64,000 nucleotides of DNA from Vulcanimicrobiota bacterium (GCA_963805945.1 CAWDVP010000002.1:288001-352000), one strand, 5' to 3'. Numbered from the stretch's first letter, positions 35,698-46,422 are shown. Translations and numbers: made by a program. Notes: generated by a model not told the origin, from the sequence alone.

Positions 35698-36464
35698 ATG
35701 GCGACACGTTCGAAACCCCTGATCTGCAGCATCGGATCGACAGACCCGACCGCCGCCGCCGGCATCGGTCGCGACCTCATCGTCTACGAGCGACTCGGGG
35801 CGGTCGGGGTCTTCGCGGTCGCCGCCATCACGGCGCAGAACGCGCACGGCGTCTCGGCGTCGACGCCGTCGCGCCGCGCGTCTCGCGGCGCAGCTCAAAG
35901 CGGTCTGGCAACAGCATACGCCGAAGTCATCCGCATCGGCCTGCTCCCCGACGCGAAGCTGATCGCCGTGGTCGCCGCTTCGTGCGTTCGCTGCGCAAGC
36001 GACCGCCAATCGTGATCGATCCGGTGCTGTGCGCGAGTTCGGGCGCACGCTTTCTCGGTGCCGCGGAAGTGCGGGCGCTTGAGCGCTTGCTGCCGCTGGC
36101 GACCCTCGTCACGCCGAACGTCGCCGAAGCCGAGAAGCTCACCGGCCTGCGCATCCGCGACCTCGCGAGCGCCGAGCGCGCGGCCGTACGGCTGCACGAG
36201 CGCGGCTGCGCGGTGCTGCTCACGGGCGGTCACCTGCCTGGCGCGCGCGTCACCGATATCCTCGTCGATCACAGCGGACTGCGGCGCTTCAGCGCGCCGC
36301 GCATCGAGGCGCGCATGCGCGGCACCGGCTGCACGCTCGCCGCAGCGATCGCGGTCTTTCTCGCACAAGAGCTGCCGCTCGAGCAGGCGGTGTCGCGCGC
36401 CCGCAGCTTCGTACGGCGCGAACTGGAGGCGCAGCGCCGCGCGCGGCCAAAGGGACGCGCATGA
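35698..36464 (+). CDS. thiD: Hydroxymethylpyrimidine/phosphomethylpyrimidine kinase (frameshifted)
   Basis: SIGSTDPTAAAGI, AITAQN, VIDPVL, TPNVAEAE, GGHL, RGTGCTLAAAIA. Confidence 0.85.
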
Positions 36465-37451
36465 CGACCGCGACTTCGAAGCGCCGGCGCATCATGGCGG
36501 GCATGCGCGTGTCCGGCAAACTGCACGTGGGCCATTGGCTGGGGCGCTGCAGAACTTCGTCGCGCTCACCGTCGACAACGACTGCTTCTACGAGATCGCC
36601 GACCTGCACGGCCTCACCACGAATTTCGCCCGCAGCAAAGAGATCGCCGGCGATGCGCGTGAGATGGCGATCGACTGGCTCGCGGCCGGGCTCGATCGAG
36701 GCGCTGCACCATCTTCGTGCAGTCGCGCGTGCCGGAGATCGCCGAGATGGCGCTGCTGCTGTCGATGATCGCGCCCGTGTCATGGCTCGAACGCGTGCCG
36801 ACCTACAAGGATCAGATCAACGCGCTCGGCGGCGACATCGCGACGCACGGCTTCCTCGGCTACCCCGTGCTGCAGACCGTGGACATCGTCGCCTTCAAGG
36901 GCCAGGGCGTGCCGGTCGGGCTGGATCAACTGCCGCATCTCGAGCTGTGCCGCGAGATCGTGCGCCGCTTCAACCACCTCTACGGCGAGGTGCTCGTCGA
37001 ACCGGAGGCGGTGCTGTCGAAGACGCCTGCGCTGCCGGGCCTCGACGGCCGCAAGATGAGCAAGTCCTACGACAACTCGATCTTGCTCTCCGACAGCGCC
37101 GCCGAGACGCTCGCGAAGGTCAAGACGATGATCACCGATCCGGCGAAGATCCATAAGGACGATCCCGGTCATCCCGAGATTTGCCCGGTGTTCACGTTCC
37201 AAGAGATCTTCAACGCCGGCAATGCCGCGGACATCGCACACCGCTGCCGGACCGGCAAGCTCGGGTGCGTCGCGGATAAGGCCGACATGGCCGAGCATCT
37301 CAACACAGCGCTGGCGCCGTTGCGCGAGAAGCGCCGCGAGATCGAAGCGCGGCCGAAGTATGTGGAAGAAGTGCTCGAGGCCGGAACGCAGCGTGCGCGC
37401 GAAGTGGCGCGCCAGACCCTCGCCGAAGTGAGAACCGCGATAGGGCTGTAA
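36461..37451 (+). CDS. trpS: Tryptophanyl-tRNA synthetase (frameshifted)
   Basis: LHVGH, IADLH, QSRVPE, GYPVLQ, VPVGLDQ, KMSKS. Confidence 0.93.
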
Positions 37452-37454
37452 GAG

Positions 37455-38530
37455 GTGCGCGGACGATCATCGCTGACTTCTCGTCGTGCTGACCTGCGTG
37501 GCGGCGGCGATGCTCGCGCCTTCAGGCACGCTCGCGGCCGGCGACCCGCGGGTCCAGATCAGCACGCCGCGAGACGGCCAGCAGTTCGAACCGGGCAGAT
37601 CGTGTCGGTGACCGTGACCGTTTCCGTGCCGGTGGGTGCTGGATTCCTCGGCGTCGGCGCTCCAGGCGTGGGAGTGCTGCAGGGCGTCGGCTATAATGGA
37701 TCCAGCTATCAGGCGCACTTCACGATCCCCGCAGAGTTCGCAGGCCCGCTCACGATGACGCCGTCGGTGATCACAACGGACGGCACGCCGATCGAAGGCA
37801 CGTCGGTGACTATCATCGTGCGAGCGGCCGGTCCGCCGTCGCGTCTGCGCCTGGTGGAGGCGACGTTCTTCTTGCGGCCATCGGCGTCCATGGAGAACAT
37901 CTACGTCCAGGGCGTATATCCGAACGGCATCGAGCGCGACCTGACGTCGTCCGTCACCGGGAACGACCTACCGATCGAGCGACCCGCAGGTCGTCAAGGT
38001 CGATGCGGAAGGAGCATGTCCGCGCCGTGGGCTGGGGCGCCGCGGTGGTGATCGTCAAGAACGGCGGTGCCAAAGCGTTCGCGACGGTGTGGGTCGAGGA
38101 CCCGGCCCAGCCGCTGCCGCCGGTCGACGTCACCGATCAACTCAGGGTCGAGCGTGTGCCGGCGCAGGTCACGGCCGTGGACCCGTCCGAGAGCGGCTAC
38201 GTCCAGACGCTGCGCATCAGCAATGCGAGCTCGATACCGATCCCAGGACGGCTCTATGTCGTGGTCTCAGACCTTCCGCCGAAGGCGGTCGTGACGGAAG
38301 CCGGCAGGACCAAACACGTCGAGCCGCTTGGGTCGCTGTACTTCTGGACCAGATTGCCGGACGGCCTCACGCTCCAGCCGGGCCAGAGCGCATCCGTCAG
38401 CCTGCACATGTATACGCTGACGAACACGCCCGTCGACTACACCGTGCGCGTCTTCCGCAGCTCGGTCGAGCCAGTGAGGGCTCGCTTGAGCGGCTCTGGT
38501 ACTTCGCGAGCACCGTCTTCAGGCGCGTGA
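37455..38530 (+). CDS. Secreted multi-Ig-like-domain protein (frameshifted)
   Basis: Beta-rich segments; Big_2-like YRSSDPQVVKVDA..VRAVGWGAAVVIV across frames; LTLQPGQSASVSL. Confidence 0.55.
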
Positions 38531-38599
38531 GCGCTTCGTGCAGAAGCGGGCCTGGTACTTCGCAAGCACCGTCTTGAGCCGCTTGAGCGCCTCGCGCAG
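38488..38599. repeat. 56-bp imperfect tandem duplication of the aminotransferase 3' end
   Basis: 38488-38543 versus 38544-38599, 47/56 identical by manual alignment. Confidence 0.8.
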
Positions 38600-39730
38600 G
38601 TTCTCTTCTGAATTCGCGTACGACAGCCGGATGAAGCCTTTGCCGTTCGGCCCGAACGTCGAGCCGCCGAGCACCGCGACGTTGCCTTCATCCAAGATGT
38701 AGGCGGCGAGTTTGATGTCGTCTTTCTCGATCGCCGACATGTTCGGGAACACGTAGAACGCGCCGCCCGGCATCTGGCAGGTCACGCCCGGGATCTCGTT
38801 GAGCCCCTTCACCAACAGCTCGCGGCGGCGCCGGAACTCTTCCTCCATGCGCTGCACCGGCCGGTCGTCGCAGTGGAGCGCCTTGACGCCCGCGTCCTGG
38901 ACGAAGGTCGCGGTGCATGAGACGGTGTTGAGCATGAGCGCGCCGACCGCGTCGGCGATGTACTTCGGATACACGCCGAAGCCCAGCCGCCAGCCCGTCA
39001 TCGCCCACGCCTTGGAGAATCCGTCGACCAAGATGGTGCGCTCCGGCATGCCCGCCAGCCCGTAGTACGAGGCGAAATCCGCGTCATAGCAGTGGCGGTT
39101 GTAGATCTCGTCCGTGATCACAAGGATGTCGTGCTTGCGCGAGATCGCGGCGATGCCTTCGATGTCCTCAGGCGTGAGGATGCCGCCGGTGGGATTGTGC
39201 GGCGAGTTGATCACCAAGATCTTCGTCTTGGGCGTCACCGCGGCTTCGAGCGTGTCGAGGTCGAGGCGGAACGCTTTCTTCTCGAGCAGCGGCACCGACA
39301 CGGGAACCGCGCCGACGTAGGTCACGATCGAACGGTACGCCGGATAGGCCGGATCGGGGATGATGACCTCATCGCCCGGATTGAGCAGCGCCATCAGCGT
39401 GAAGGCGATGGTCGGCTTCGCGCCTGGGCTCACCACCACCATGTCGCGCGTCACCTCGACGCCGCGCGTCCGCTTGACGTACTCCACGATCGCGTCGCGC
39501 AGTTCGGCGATGCCCGAGGCCGGCGTGTAGTGGGTGCGGTTTTCGCGGATCGAGGCGATGCCGGCTTCTTTGATGTCTTCGGGCGTGTCGAAGTCCGGCT
39601 CGCCGATCTCCAGATGGATGATGTTGCGCCCTTGCGCCTCGAGCGCTCTGGCCCGCGCGAGCACCACGAAGGCGCTCTCGGTGCCCAAACGGCTCATCGA
39701 AGCGGCGAGCGGGAATTGCGTCGTCTGCAT
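38519..39730 (-). CDS. PLP-dependent aminotransferase class I/II (aspartate aminotransferase-like)
   Basis: LEIGEPDFDTP, INSPHNPTG, DEIY, GFSKAWAMTGWRLG, GAFYVFP, IRLSYA. Confidence 0.93.
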   Translation of the reverse strand: MQTTQFPLAASMSRLGTESAFVVLARARALEAQGRNIIHLEIGEPDFDTPEDIKEAGIASIRENRTHYTPASGIAELRDAIVEYVKRTRGVEVTRDMVVVSPGAKPTIAFTLMALLNPGDEVIIPDPAYPAYRSIVTYVGAVPVSVPLLEKKAFRLDLDTLEAAVTPKTKILVINSPHNPTGGILTPEDIEGIAAISRKHDILVITDEIYNRHCYDADFASYYGLAGMPERTILVDGFSKAWAMTGWRLGFGVYPKYIADAVGALMLNTVSCTATFVQDAGVKALHCDDRPVQRMEEEFRRRRELLVKGLNEIPGVTCQMPGGAFYVFPNMSAIEKDDIKLAAYILDEGNVAVLGGSTFGPNGKGFIRLSYANSEENLREALKRLKTVLAKYQARFCTKRSRA

Positions 39731-39816
39731 AGCGCTCTCGAGTTTCGGGAGCCCGAAAGAATGTCCCTAGTGTCGCGGTTGTCGCTAGTCGTGGACGGCT
39801 GTTGCCCGCGGGGCGC

Positions 39817-40419
39817 CTACGCGCCGGGCTGCGTTTCCTCGCCCTGCATTGCGCTATCTTCCGTGGCGCGCGCCTCCCGGAGGCGTTGCCGCGCATTCAC
39901 CTGATCAAAGCCGAGTTTCTGCGCCCGCTTTATGACACCCTCATAAAGATGTTCGAAATGATCCCAAAGCTTCGGGTTCAGCGCGCGCCGATGCACCGCC
40001 ACCACGTCTGCCAGACCCTCCCACGTATCGATCACCCGGCCTGAAGCGAGGTGATGGATGAGTTCGGCATCGAGAAGCTCTTGCTCGACGTACATGCCGA
40101 CCCGCTCGAACGTCCTCAAGATGACCAACTCTTTGTGCACGTTCTCATCGGCGCGGCCGACGATTTCGAGCTCCTTGCGGAACTTCGGATCGCTCATCCG
40201 TTCCGGTAATTCGTTGAGGACGAAGCGCCGCGCATCGAGGAACGTCGGGCTGGCGAGCTCGGCGAAGATGACGTTGGCGGCGTCGAGTTGCGACGCACGC
40301 CGAAGCTGGCGAAGCTGGTCGACCGTTGTCCGCAGCTGATGCCATCCGACGACGACGGTGAAGAAGATGACCAGGCCGGTGAAGACCGTGCCGATCGCGG
40401 TGACCGCTTCCCAATTCAC
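39817..40419 (-). CDS. DUF4760-like membrane-anchored protein
   Basis: AGGAGGG RBS plus GTG; N-terminal TM, FERVGMYVEQELLD, WDHFEHL. Confidence 0.65.
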   Translation of the reverse strand: MNWEAVTAIGTVFTGLVIFFTVVVGWHQLRTTVDQLRQLRRASQLDAANVIFAELASPTFLDARRFVLNELPERMSDPKFRKELEIVGRADENVHKELVILRTFERVGMYVEQELLDAELIHHLASGRVIDTWEGLADVVAVHRRALNPKLWDHFEHLYEGVIKRAQKLGFDQVNARQRLREARATEDSAMQGEETQPGA

Positions 40420-40430
40420 GCCACCCTCCT

Positions 40431-42341
40431 TTAGTCGTGGATGCCGTTGCCGGCCGGGCCCTCGCGGCTGAGATGGAAGTAGTACTCCACGATCGCCTGC
40501 GCCACGGGCGCCGCGTTCACGGCGCCGAAACCGCCGCTCTTCTCCATGAACACGACCACCGCGATCTGCGGATGGTCGTACGGCGCGAAGCACACGAACC
40601 AGGCGTGGTTGCGGCCGTCGGGATTGTCGGGCGTGCGCACGTTCTCGACCGTGCCGGTCTTGCCGGCGTAGTGAAATCCGGGGATGGCGACGTTGTACGC
40701 CGTGCCGTACGGACTTTCGATCGCGCCGAGCATGCCCTCGCGCACCAATTGCAGGTCGGCCGCCGAGATCGGCACGTGGCCTTCGACGGTCGGCGCGACG
40801 CGCAATGCGATGTGTCCGTGCTCGTCGCGCACGTCGTTGAGCAGATACGGCCGGTACAGCGTGCCGCCGTTGGCGACCGCGGCGCCGACGCGCAGCATCT
40901 GGATGGGCGAGGCCTCGACGTAGCCCTGGCCGATCGCCATGTTCACGGTGTCGCCGGCGTACCACTGGTCGTTGTAGATGCGTTTCTTCCACGCGGGCGT
41001 GGGCAGCGTGCCGGTGGTCTCGCCCGGGATGTCGATGCCGGTGAGCGAGCCGATGCCGTACGCGCCGGCGTACTGGTCGAGCCGCGTGATGCCGAGCTCG
41101 AAGCCCACCTTGTAGAAGAAGACGTCGCACGAGCGCGAGATCGCGTCCACCACGTGCAGCGTGCCGTGGCCGCCGCGCGCGTCGTCGTTGAAGACGATGC
41201 CCAGATCGAAATAGCCCGGGCAGTAGCGCACGCTGTCGGCGGTGAGCACGCCGCTCGCGAGCGCCGCCGAGCTCGTGATCATCTTGAAGGTCGAGCCGGT
41301 CGGATACTTGCCGGCGATGGCGCGGGTGAAGAGGGGTTTGAGCGGGTCGTTGAGGTACGCGTTGTAGCGCGCCTCGCTGATGGGCAGCGCGAAGTCGTTC
41401 GGGTTGACGTTGGGCTGGCTCACCAGCGCGAGGATCGCGCCGCTGTTGACATCTTCGACGATCGCCGCGCCCGCGACCCGATGGCCGATGCGCGCCGCGA
41501 TCACCTTGATCTGGCGGTCCATCGCCGCCTCGGCCGCGCGCTGCAGCCGCCAATCGATGGTGAGATCGAGGCTGCTGCCGGGGATGGCGTCGCGCTCGCC
41601 CAGCGTCGCGACGGCTTGCCCCGCCGAGTTGACCTTGATCGCGCGTCCGCCGCTCGTGCCGCGCATGACCGAATCGTAGGTGAACTCCAAGCCTTCTTTG
41701 CCGATGGTGTCGGTCATGCCGTAGCCGAAGGCCTTGCGCGCGTCGTACTCCTCTTTGGTGATGCGTCCGACATAGCCGATGATGTGCGAGCCGACGGTGC
41801 CGTACGGATAGTGCCGCACCGGCACGAGTTCGACCGCCATGCCCGCGAGCCGGTCGGCGCGCTCCGAGAAGCGCGCGACGGTGGCGGCGTTGAGGTCTTC
41901 GGCGATGGTCACCGGGCCGAGCGGCACCGCGCCCGCGAGCGCATCGAAGCTCGCGTAGCTCACGCCGTTCTGGCGCAATAGGCGCTGCCACAATGTCGCC
42001 GCCGGGATGCGCAAGATGCCGGCGAGCTCGTCGATCTCGGCCGCCGGATCGCTCACCTGCATCGGCACGACTTGCACGACGAACGAGGGCCGGTTGCCGA
42101 CCACGATGACGCCGTGGCGGTCGTACATCAAGCCGCGCGGCGCGGTGAGCGGGATGGTGCGCAGCTGGTTCTGATCGGCGAGGGTCTCGTAGAGCGCGCC
42201 GTGCACGAGCTGGACGTCCGCGAGCCGCCACACGAGCACCCCGAGCGCGATCGCGACGCCCGCCACGAACACGATGAGGCGCGGCATGCGCGCGCGCTTC
42301 GCGTCTTCGTCGCTCTCGCTGCGTCCGACTATGCCTTGCAT
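40431..42341 (-). CDS. mrdA: Penicillin-binding protein 2
   Basis: APRGLMYDR, STFK (SxxK), SCD, KTG, NHAWF. Confidence 0.93.
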   Translation of the reverse strand: MQGIVGRSESDEDAKRARMPRLIVFVAGVAIALGVLVWRLADVQLVHGALYETLADQNQLRTIPLTAPRGLMYDRHGVIVVGNRPSFVVQVVPMQVSDPAAEIDELAGILRIPAATLWQRLLRQNGVSYASFDALAGAVPLGPVTIAEDLNAATVARFSERADRLAGMAVELVPVRHYPYGTVGSHIIGYVGRITKEEYDARKAFGYGMTDTIGKEGLEFTYDSVMRGTSGGRAIKVNSAGQAVATLGERDAIPGSSLDLTIDWRLQRAAEAAMDRQIKVIAARIGHRVAGAAIVEDVNSGAILALVSQPNVNPNDFALPISEARYNAYLNDPLKPLFTRAIAGKYPTGSTFKMITSSAALASGVLTADSVRYCPGYFDLGIVFNDDARGGHGTLHVVDAISRSCDVFFYKVGFELGITRLDQYAGAYGIGSLTGIDIPGETTGTLPTPAWKKRIYNDQWYAGDTVNMAIGQGYVEASPIQMLRVGAAVANGGTLYRPYLLNDVRDEHGHIALRVAPTVEGHVPISAADLQLVREGMLGAIESPYGTAYNVAIPGFHYAGKTGTVENVRTPDNPDGRNHAWFVCFAPYDHPQIAVVVFMEKSGGFGAVNAAPVAQAIVEYYFHLSREGPAGNGIHD

Positions 42342-42348
42342 CGCGCTC

Positions 42349-42912
42349 CTAGTAGCCCGGACGCCGGTTCGACAGCCAGCGCAGCACGACCACCGCGACC
42401 GCCGCGATAGCGCAGTTGAGCAGGATCTCCCACAGGGTCGCATGCGCGATGCGATGGTAGGTGCCGCGCTCGCCGGCGCCGATCTCGAGCACGAGATAGG
42501 TGACGGCATTGCGCACGATGGTGCCGCCCGCGACGGCGGCCACGACCACCGGCAGCGAGTCGGCGAAGAAGCGGCTGCTCAGCAAGCCGGCGAAAAATCC
42601 GACCGCGGTCGTGCCGAGCACCGCGCCGCCGCCGCCCCCGAGCGCATCCTCGAGTGCGCCGCCGAGCAGGCCGAGCCAGCCGCCGGTGGCGGGGCCGCAG
42701 CGCAGGCCCGCCCAGACGACGAGCACGGTGAGCGGGCTCGGCTGCGCGCCGCGCAGCGTCCATGCATGGCCGAAGGTCGCTTGCCAGACGACGGCGAGCA
42801 CCGCGAGCGCCAGCAGCACGCCGAAACTCGGCGCCGCCGCCGCGCCGGCATCGAGCGGCCGCTGCGGACCGAACAGCACGCGCGGCGCGCCGCGCAGACG
42901 CACGTCCATCAT
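42349..42912 (-). CDS. mreD: Rod shape-determining protein MreD
   Basis: Hydrophobic; GLLGGALEDALG; between mreC and mrdA. Confidence 0.8.
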   Translation of the reverse strand: MMDVRLRGAPRVLFGPQRPLDAGAAAAPSFGVLLALAVLAVVWQATFGHAWTLRGAQPSPLTVLVVWAGLRCGPATGGWLGLLGGALEDALGGGGGAVLGTTAVGFFAGLLSSRFFADSLPVVVAAVAGGTIVRNAVTYLVLEIGAGERGTYHRIAHATLWEILLNCAIAAVAVVVLRWLSNRRPGY

Positions 42913-43739
42913 TGCGCGACCGCCACCGTGAACACGAGCACGCGCGTGAGCGAGTGGAAGTCGACGGCCGGGTCGAGCACCGCGGTCTGATAGAGCGCGT
43001 TGTCCTTGCGATCGATCTCGCGCACGCGGCCGATCGTGATGCCGCCGGGATACACCTCGCCGCGTCCGGTCACGGCGACATCGCCGACCTGCAGCATCGC
43101 GTTCTGGTCGACGTACTTCATCTTGGCGTGCAGCCACGTGCCGGTGACGATGCCCCACGAACGCGAGCGCGTGAGGTAGGCGGGCACCGAGCTGCCGGGA
43201 TCGATGACGAGCAGCACGCGCGCCTCGTGCGGCCCTGCGCTCACGACGTGCCCGACCAGCCCGGCCCCGCTCACCACGACGCTGTCGCGATGCACGCCGT
43301 CGCGCGTGCCGCGGTCGATGGTGATCTCGCGGCCGACCGCCTCGGGCGAATAGCCGACGACGTCGGCGACCACGGAGGGCTCGGCCCGCGACTGCTTCAT
43401 CGCGAGCAGCGCCCGCAATTCGTGGTTTTCCGCCGACTCGGCATTGAGCTGCGCGTTGGCCGCGGCGAGCCGGTTCGCTTGCTCGCGCAGCGCGGCGTTC
43501 TCCGCGGCGTATTCGCCGGCGTGCGTGAGGTCATGCGCGGCCGCGCCGACGGCGGTCGCGAGGCGCGTGGCGCCGCTTTGTATCGGCGTGAAAACCGCGC
43601 CGGCGACGACGTCAAGCACGCTCTGCCGCCCGTTGCGCGCCGCGTCGAGTTCGACGAGCGTCACGAGCGACGCGACGATGATCAGCGCAACGAATACGAG
43701 GAGTTTTCTCTCATCCCAAAACGTATGGATCGCAACCAC
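42909..43739 (-). CDS. mreC: Rod shape-determining protein MreC
   Basis: TM plus coiled coil (ENAALR, ENHELR), ITIDRG, GLVGHV, YPGGITIG. Confidence 0.9.
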   Translation of the reverse strand: MVAIHTFWDERKLLVFVALIIVASLVTLVELDAARNGRQSVLDVVAGAVFTPIQSGATRLATAVGAAAHDLTHAGEYAAENAALREQANRLAAANAQLNAESAENHELRALLAMKQSRAEPSVVADVVGYSPEAVGREITIDRGTRDGVHRDSVVVSGAGLVGHVVSAGPHEARVLLVIDPGSSVPAYLTRSRSWGIVTGTWLHAKMKYVDQNAMLQVGDVAVTGRGEVYPGGITIGRVREIDRKDNALYQTAVLDPAVDFHSLTRVLVFTVAVAQ

Positions 43740-44788
43740 CTGCCGATCAGCGACGGGGGAGTCGGATAGAGCGCGCTGAAAAGTCGATCGTCTTCGAGGA
43801 TCGCCGCCCCGCCGCGCGCCACACAGAGCATCGGGTCCTCCGCGACCCGCACCGGCATGCTGAGCACGAGGCCTAGCGTGTCGGCGAGTCCCGCGATGAC
43901 CGCGCCGCCGCCGGCGAGCACGAAGCCGCCGTCGGCGATGTCGCGCACCAGCTCCGGGGGCGTGACCTCGAGCACCGACCGGATCGAATCGACGATCTCA
44001 CCGAGCTGCTCGGCGATCGCCGCTCCGATTTCTTCCTCGCGCACTTCGAACGTTCCCGGCCGCAGCGCACGGATGTCCTGGCCGGCGATGTGCGCAGGCG
44101 CACGTCCGAGCGGCCGTCCGTAATATGCGAGCGACATCTTGAGCTGTTCGGCCGTGCGCTCGCCGATGAGCAAGCCGCGCGTGGTGCGGATGTGGGCCAC
44201 GATCGCCTCGTCGAGCTTGTTGCCGCCGAGTTTGAGCGAGCGGGCGACGACGAGCCCGCCGAGCGAGAGCACCGCGATCTCGGTCGTGCCGCCCCCGATG
44301 TCGACGATCATGCTGCCGTGCGGCTCGAGGATCTGCAGGCCCGCGCCGACCGCCGCCGCGATCGCCTGCTGCACGAAGTAGACGCGCCCCGCGCCCGCGC
44401 CGACCGCCGCCTCGCGCACCGCTTTGCGTTCGATGTCGGTCGCGCTGCCCGGCACGCCGATGATGACGCGCGGCGGGATGAGCGTGTGGCCGCGCAGCGC
44501 GCGGTCGAGCAGCTGGCGCACGAGCGCTTCGGTGTACTTGTAGTTCGAGATGACGCCGTTGCGCAGCGGCCGGATGACGGCGATGCTGCGCGGCGTCTTG
44601 CCGAGCATCTGGCGCGCGCCTTCGCCGACGGTGATCACGTCGCCGGACTCGACGTCGATGGCGACGACCGTCGGTTCGATGAAGCGGATGCCGTGCCCGC
44701 GCACGTGGACGGGCGTGTTCGCGGTGCCGAGATCGATGCTGATCTCAGGCGCGATGCGCGCGTAGAGCGATTCGAAGACGCCGGGCAT
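43682..44788 (-). CDS. mreB: Actin-like MreB
   Basis: IDLGTANT, IRPLRNGVI, IVDIGGGTTE, IGERTAEQLK, AEDPMLCVARG. Confidence 0.93.
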   Translation of the reverse strand: MPGVFESLYARIAPEISIDLGTANTPVHVRGHGIRFIEPTVVAIDVESGDVITVGEGARQMLGKTPRSIAVIRPLRNGVISNYKYTEALVRQLLDRALRGHTLIPPRVIIGVPGSATDIERKAVREAAVGAGAGRVYFVQQAIAAAVGAGLQILEPHGSMIVDIGGGTTEIAVLSLGGLVVARSLKLGGNKLDEAIVAHIRTTRGLLIGERTAEQLKMSLAYYGRPLGRAPAHIAGQDIRALRPGTFEVREEEIGAAIAEQLGEIVDSIRSVLEVTPPELVRDIADGGFVLAGGGAVIAGLADTLGLVLSMPVRVAEDPMLCVARGGAAILEDDRLFSALYPTPPSLIGRWLRSIRFGMRENSSYSLR

Positions 44789-44791
44789 GGC

Positions 44792-45385
44792 TTAGAGCAG
44801 TTCGTATCCTAAAGAAGCGAACGCGCGCCCCAGGCGCGCGAGCGGCAGTCCCATCACGGTGTAGAAATCCCCGACTATGGATGCGACAAGCAGCGCGCCG
44901 CGACCTTGGATGCCGTAGGCGCCGGCCTTGTCGCGCGGCTCGCCGGTGGCGACGTAGCGCGCGATCTCGTGCTCGGCGAGCGGCTCGAAGGTCACTTCCG
45001 ATGACTCGACCCCATCTGCCTGACCGCCGCGGGCGCGGTCCACCACGGCGAAGCCGGTATGGACGGTGTGCGCGCGCCCGGCCAGCCTTTTCAGGAAGGC
45101 CGCTGCCTCGGCATCGTCGCGCGGTTTGCCGAGGACGTCGCCGTCGATGACGACCGCCGTGTCGGCAGCGACGAGCAGCGGGGGTCCGCCGGACGAAGCC
45201 TGCGCCGCCTTGCCGCGGGCGTGCGCGAGCACCATGTCGCGCGGATCGGCGCCGGCGTCGTCATGTTCGCGCTCGTCGTAGGCGCTCAGCACGAGGACGA
45301 CCTCTAAGCCGAGGCTTTCGAGCAACTGGCGGCGGCGAGGTGAGATGGAAGCGAGCGCGACCGAACGCAGTCGCGCTTCATTCAT
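44792..45385 (-). CDS. maf: Maf nucleotide pyrophosphatase
   Basis: LASISPRRRQLL, AADTAV, LGKP, DKAGAYGIQG, VMGLP. Confidence 0.93.
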   Translation of the reverse strand: MNEARLRSVALASISPRRRQLLESLGLEVVLVLSAYDEREHDDAGADPRDMVLAHARGKAAQASSGGPPLLVAADTAVVIDGDVLGKPRDDAEAAAFLKRLAGRAHTVHTGFAVVDRARGGQADGVESSEVTFEPLAEHEIARYVATGEPRDKAGAYGIQGRGALLVASIVGDFYTVMGLPLARLGRAFASLGYELL

Positions 45386-45794
45386 ACGTCTGGCCGTGCG
45401 CTTTGATCCAGCCGTTGAGGTGGCGGCCGGCGGGGTCGTGATGCGTCCAATGGATGACCGGACCGCCGGCGTCGAGCTCGAGCACGCCGCGCACGATGAC
45501 GTCGTCGTCGGCTGACACCGGCGCCTCGGGCGCGATGTCGGTGTTGTGCGCGACGAGGATCAACTGCTCGTCGCCGGTGCCCGTGTGCACGTCGAGCAGG
45601 AAGCGCTCGTGCTCGCCGGTGGCCGAGGTGCTCGGCGGCAGCACCTTGGCGACGGTGCCTTCGACGGTCACCTCTTGGCCGCCGCGATGCTCTTGGATGA
45701 ACTGGATGGCGCCGAGATTGTCGGGCGTGTCGGACGCAGAGGAGCACGCGGCGACGGCCAGTGCGATGGCGGCGAGGGCGATGAGGCGTCTCAT
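45378..45794 (-). CDS. DUF3465-family lipoprotein
   Basis: GGAGG RBS, lipobox VAAC, HERFLL, VAHNTDIAP, VIHWTHHDP..H..GW. Confidence 0.75.
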   Translation of the reverse strand: MRRLIALAAIALAVAACSSASDTPDNLGAIQFIQEHRGGQEVTVEGTVAKVLPPSTSATGEHERFLLDVHTGTGDEQLILVAHNTDIAPEAPVSADDDVIVRGVLELDAGGPVIHWTHHDPAGRHLNGWIKAHGQTYE

Positions 45795-45894
45795 GGCTCG
45801 ACCTCCGGCATGTGGTGAGCGGTTCGCGCCGGGCGATGAGTTTCGCCTGCCCGCCGGCCTGGACGGACCGCCGCCGCGTCGTGATATACTGCCG

Positions 45895-46359
45895 ATGAGA
45901 GGTCTCCACGCGCGCGCCCAATCGAGGATGCTCGTCGCGCTCATGGCCTGGGCGCAAGCGAAGGGCGTTGGACGCGTCGGCGCCGAGTGGCAATTCAAGG
46001 TGACGCCTCCGCACGAGGCGACGAGGCCGCTTGTCCCCGATGTCGCGTTCCTGTCATTCGAGCGGCTGGGATACGAGGACGAAGAAGCGGCGCAGCTTCC
46101 CTACTTGGCGCCCGACGTCGCGGTCGAGGTGCTCGCACCCGCCGACCGGCGCGCCGACATCGACGAGAAAGTGCGCGTGTATCTCGCGGCGGGCAGCACA
46201 TTGGTACTGCTCGTCGACCCGGCCGAGCGCACCTTCGTTGCGTGCGACGCCGAGGGGGCGCGCCGCTTCTCAGGTGATGAGGAATTCGTGCACCGTGCGC
46301 TGCCGGGTTTCGCCGTGCGCGTGTCTGCGATATTCGAGCCGCTCAAGCCCAAACGATAG
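45895..46359 (+). CDS. Uma2-family PD-(D/E)XK endonuclease-like protein
   Basis: LVPDVAF, APDVAVEVL, EKVRVYLAAG, LVDP. Confidence 0.8.
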   Translation: MRGLHARAQSRMLVALMAWAQAKGVGRVGAEWQFKVTPPHEATRPLVPDVAFLSFERLGYEDEEAAQLPYLAPDVAVEVLAPADRRADIDEKVRVYLAAGSTLVLLVDPAERTFVACDAEGARRFSGDEEFVHRALPGFAVRVSAIFEPLKPKR

Positions 46360-46422
46360 CCGTCAAGGCGGCATCGACCGTACGTTCGGGTTGTGGGAGA
46401 TGCCCGTGCGAGGGTATACTCG

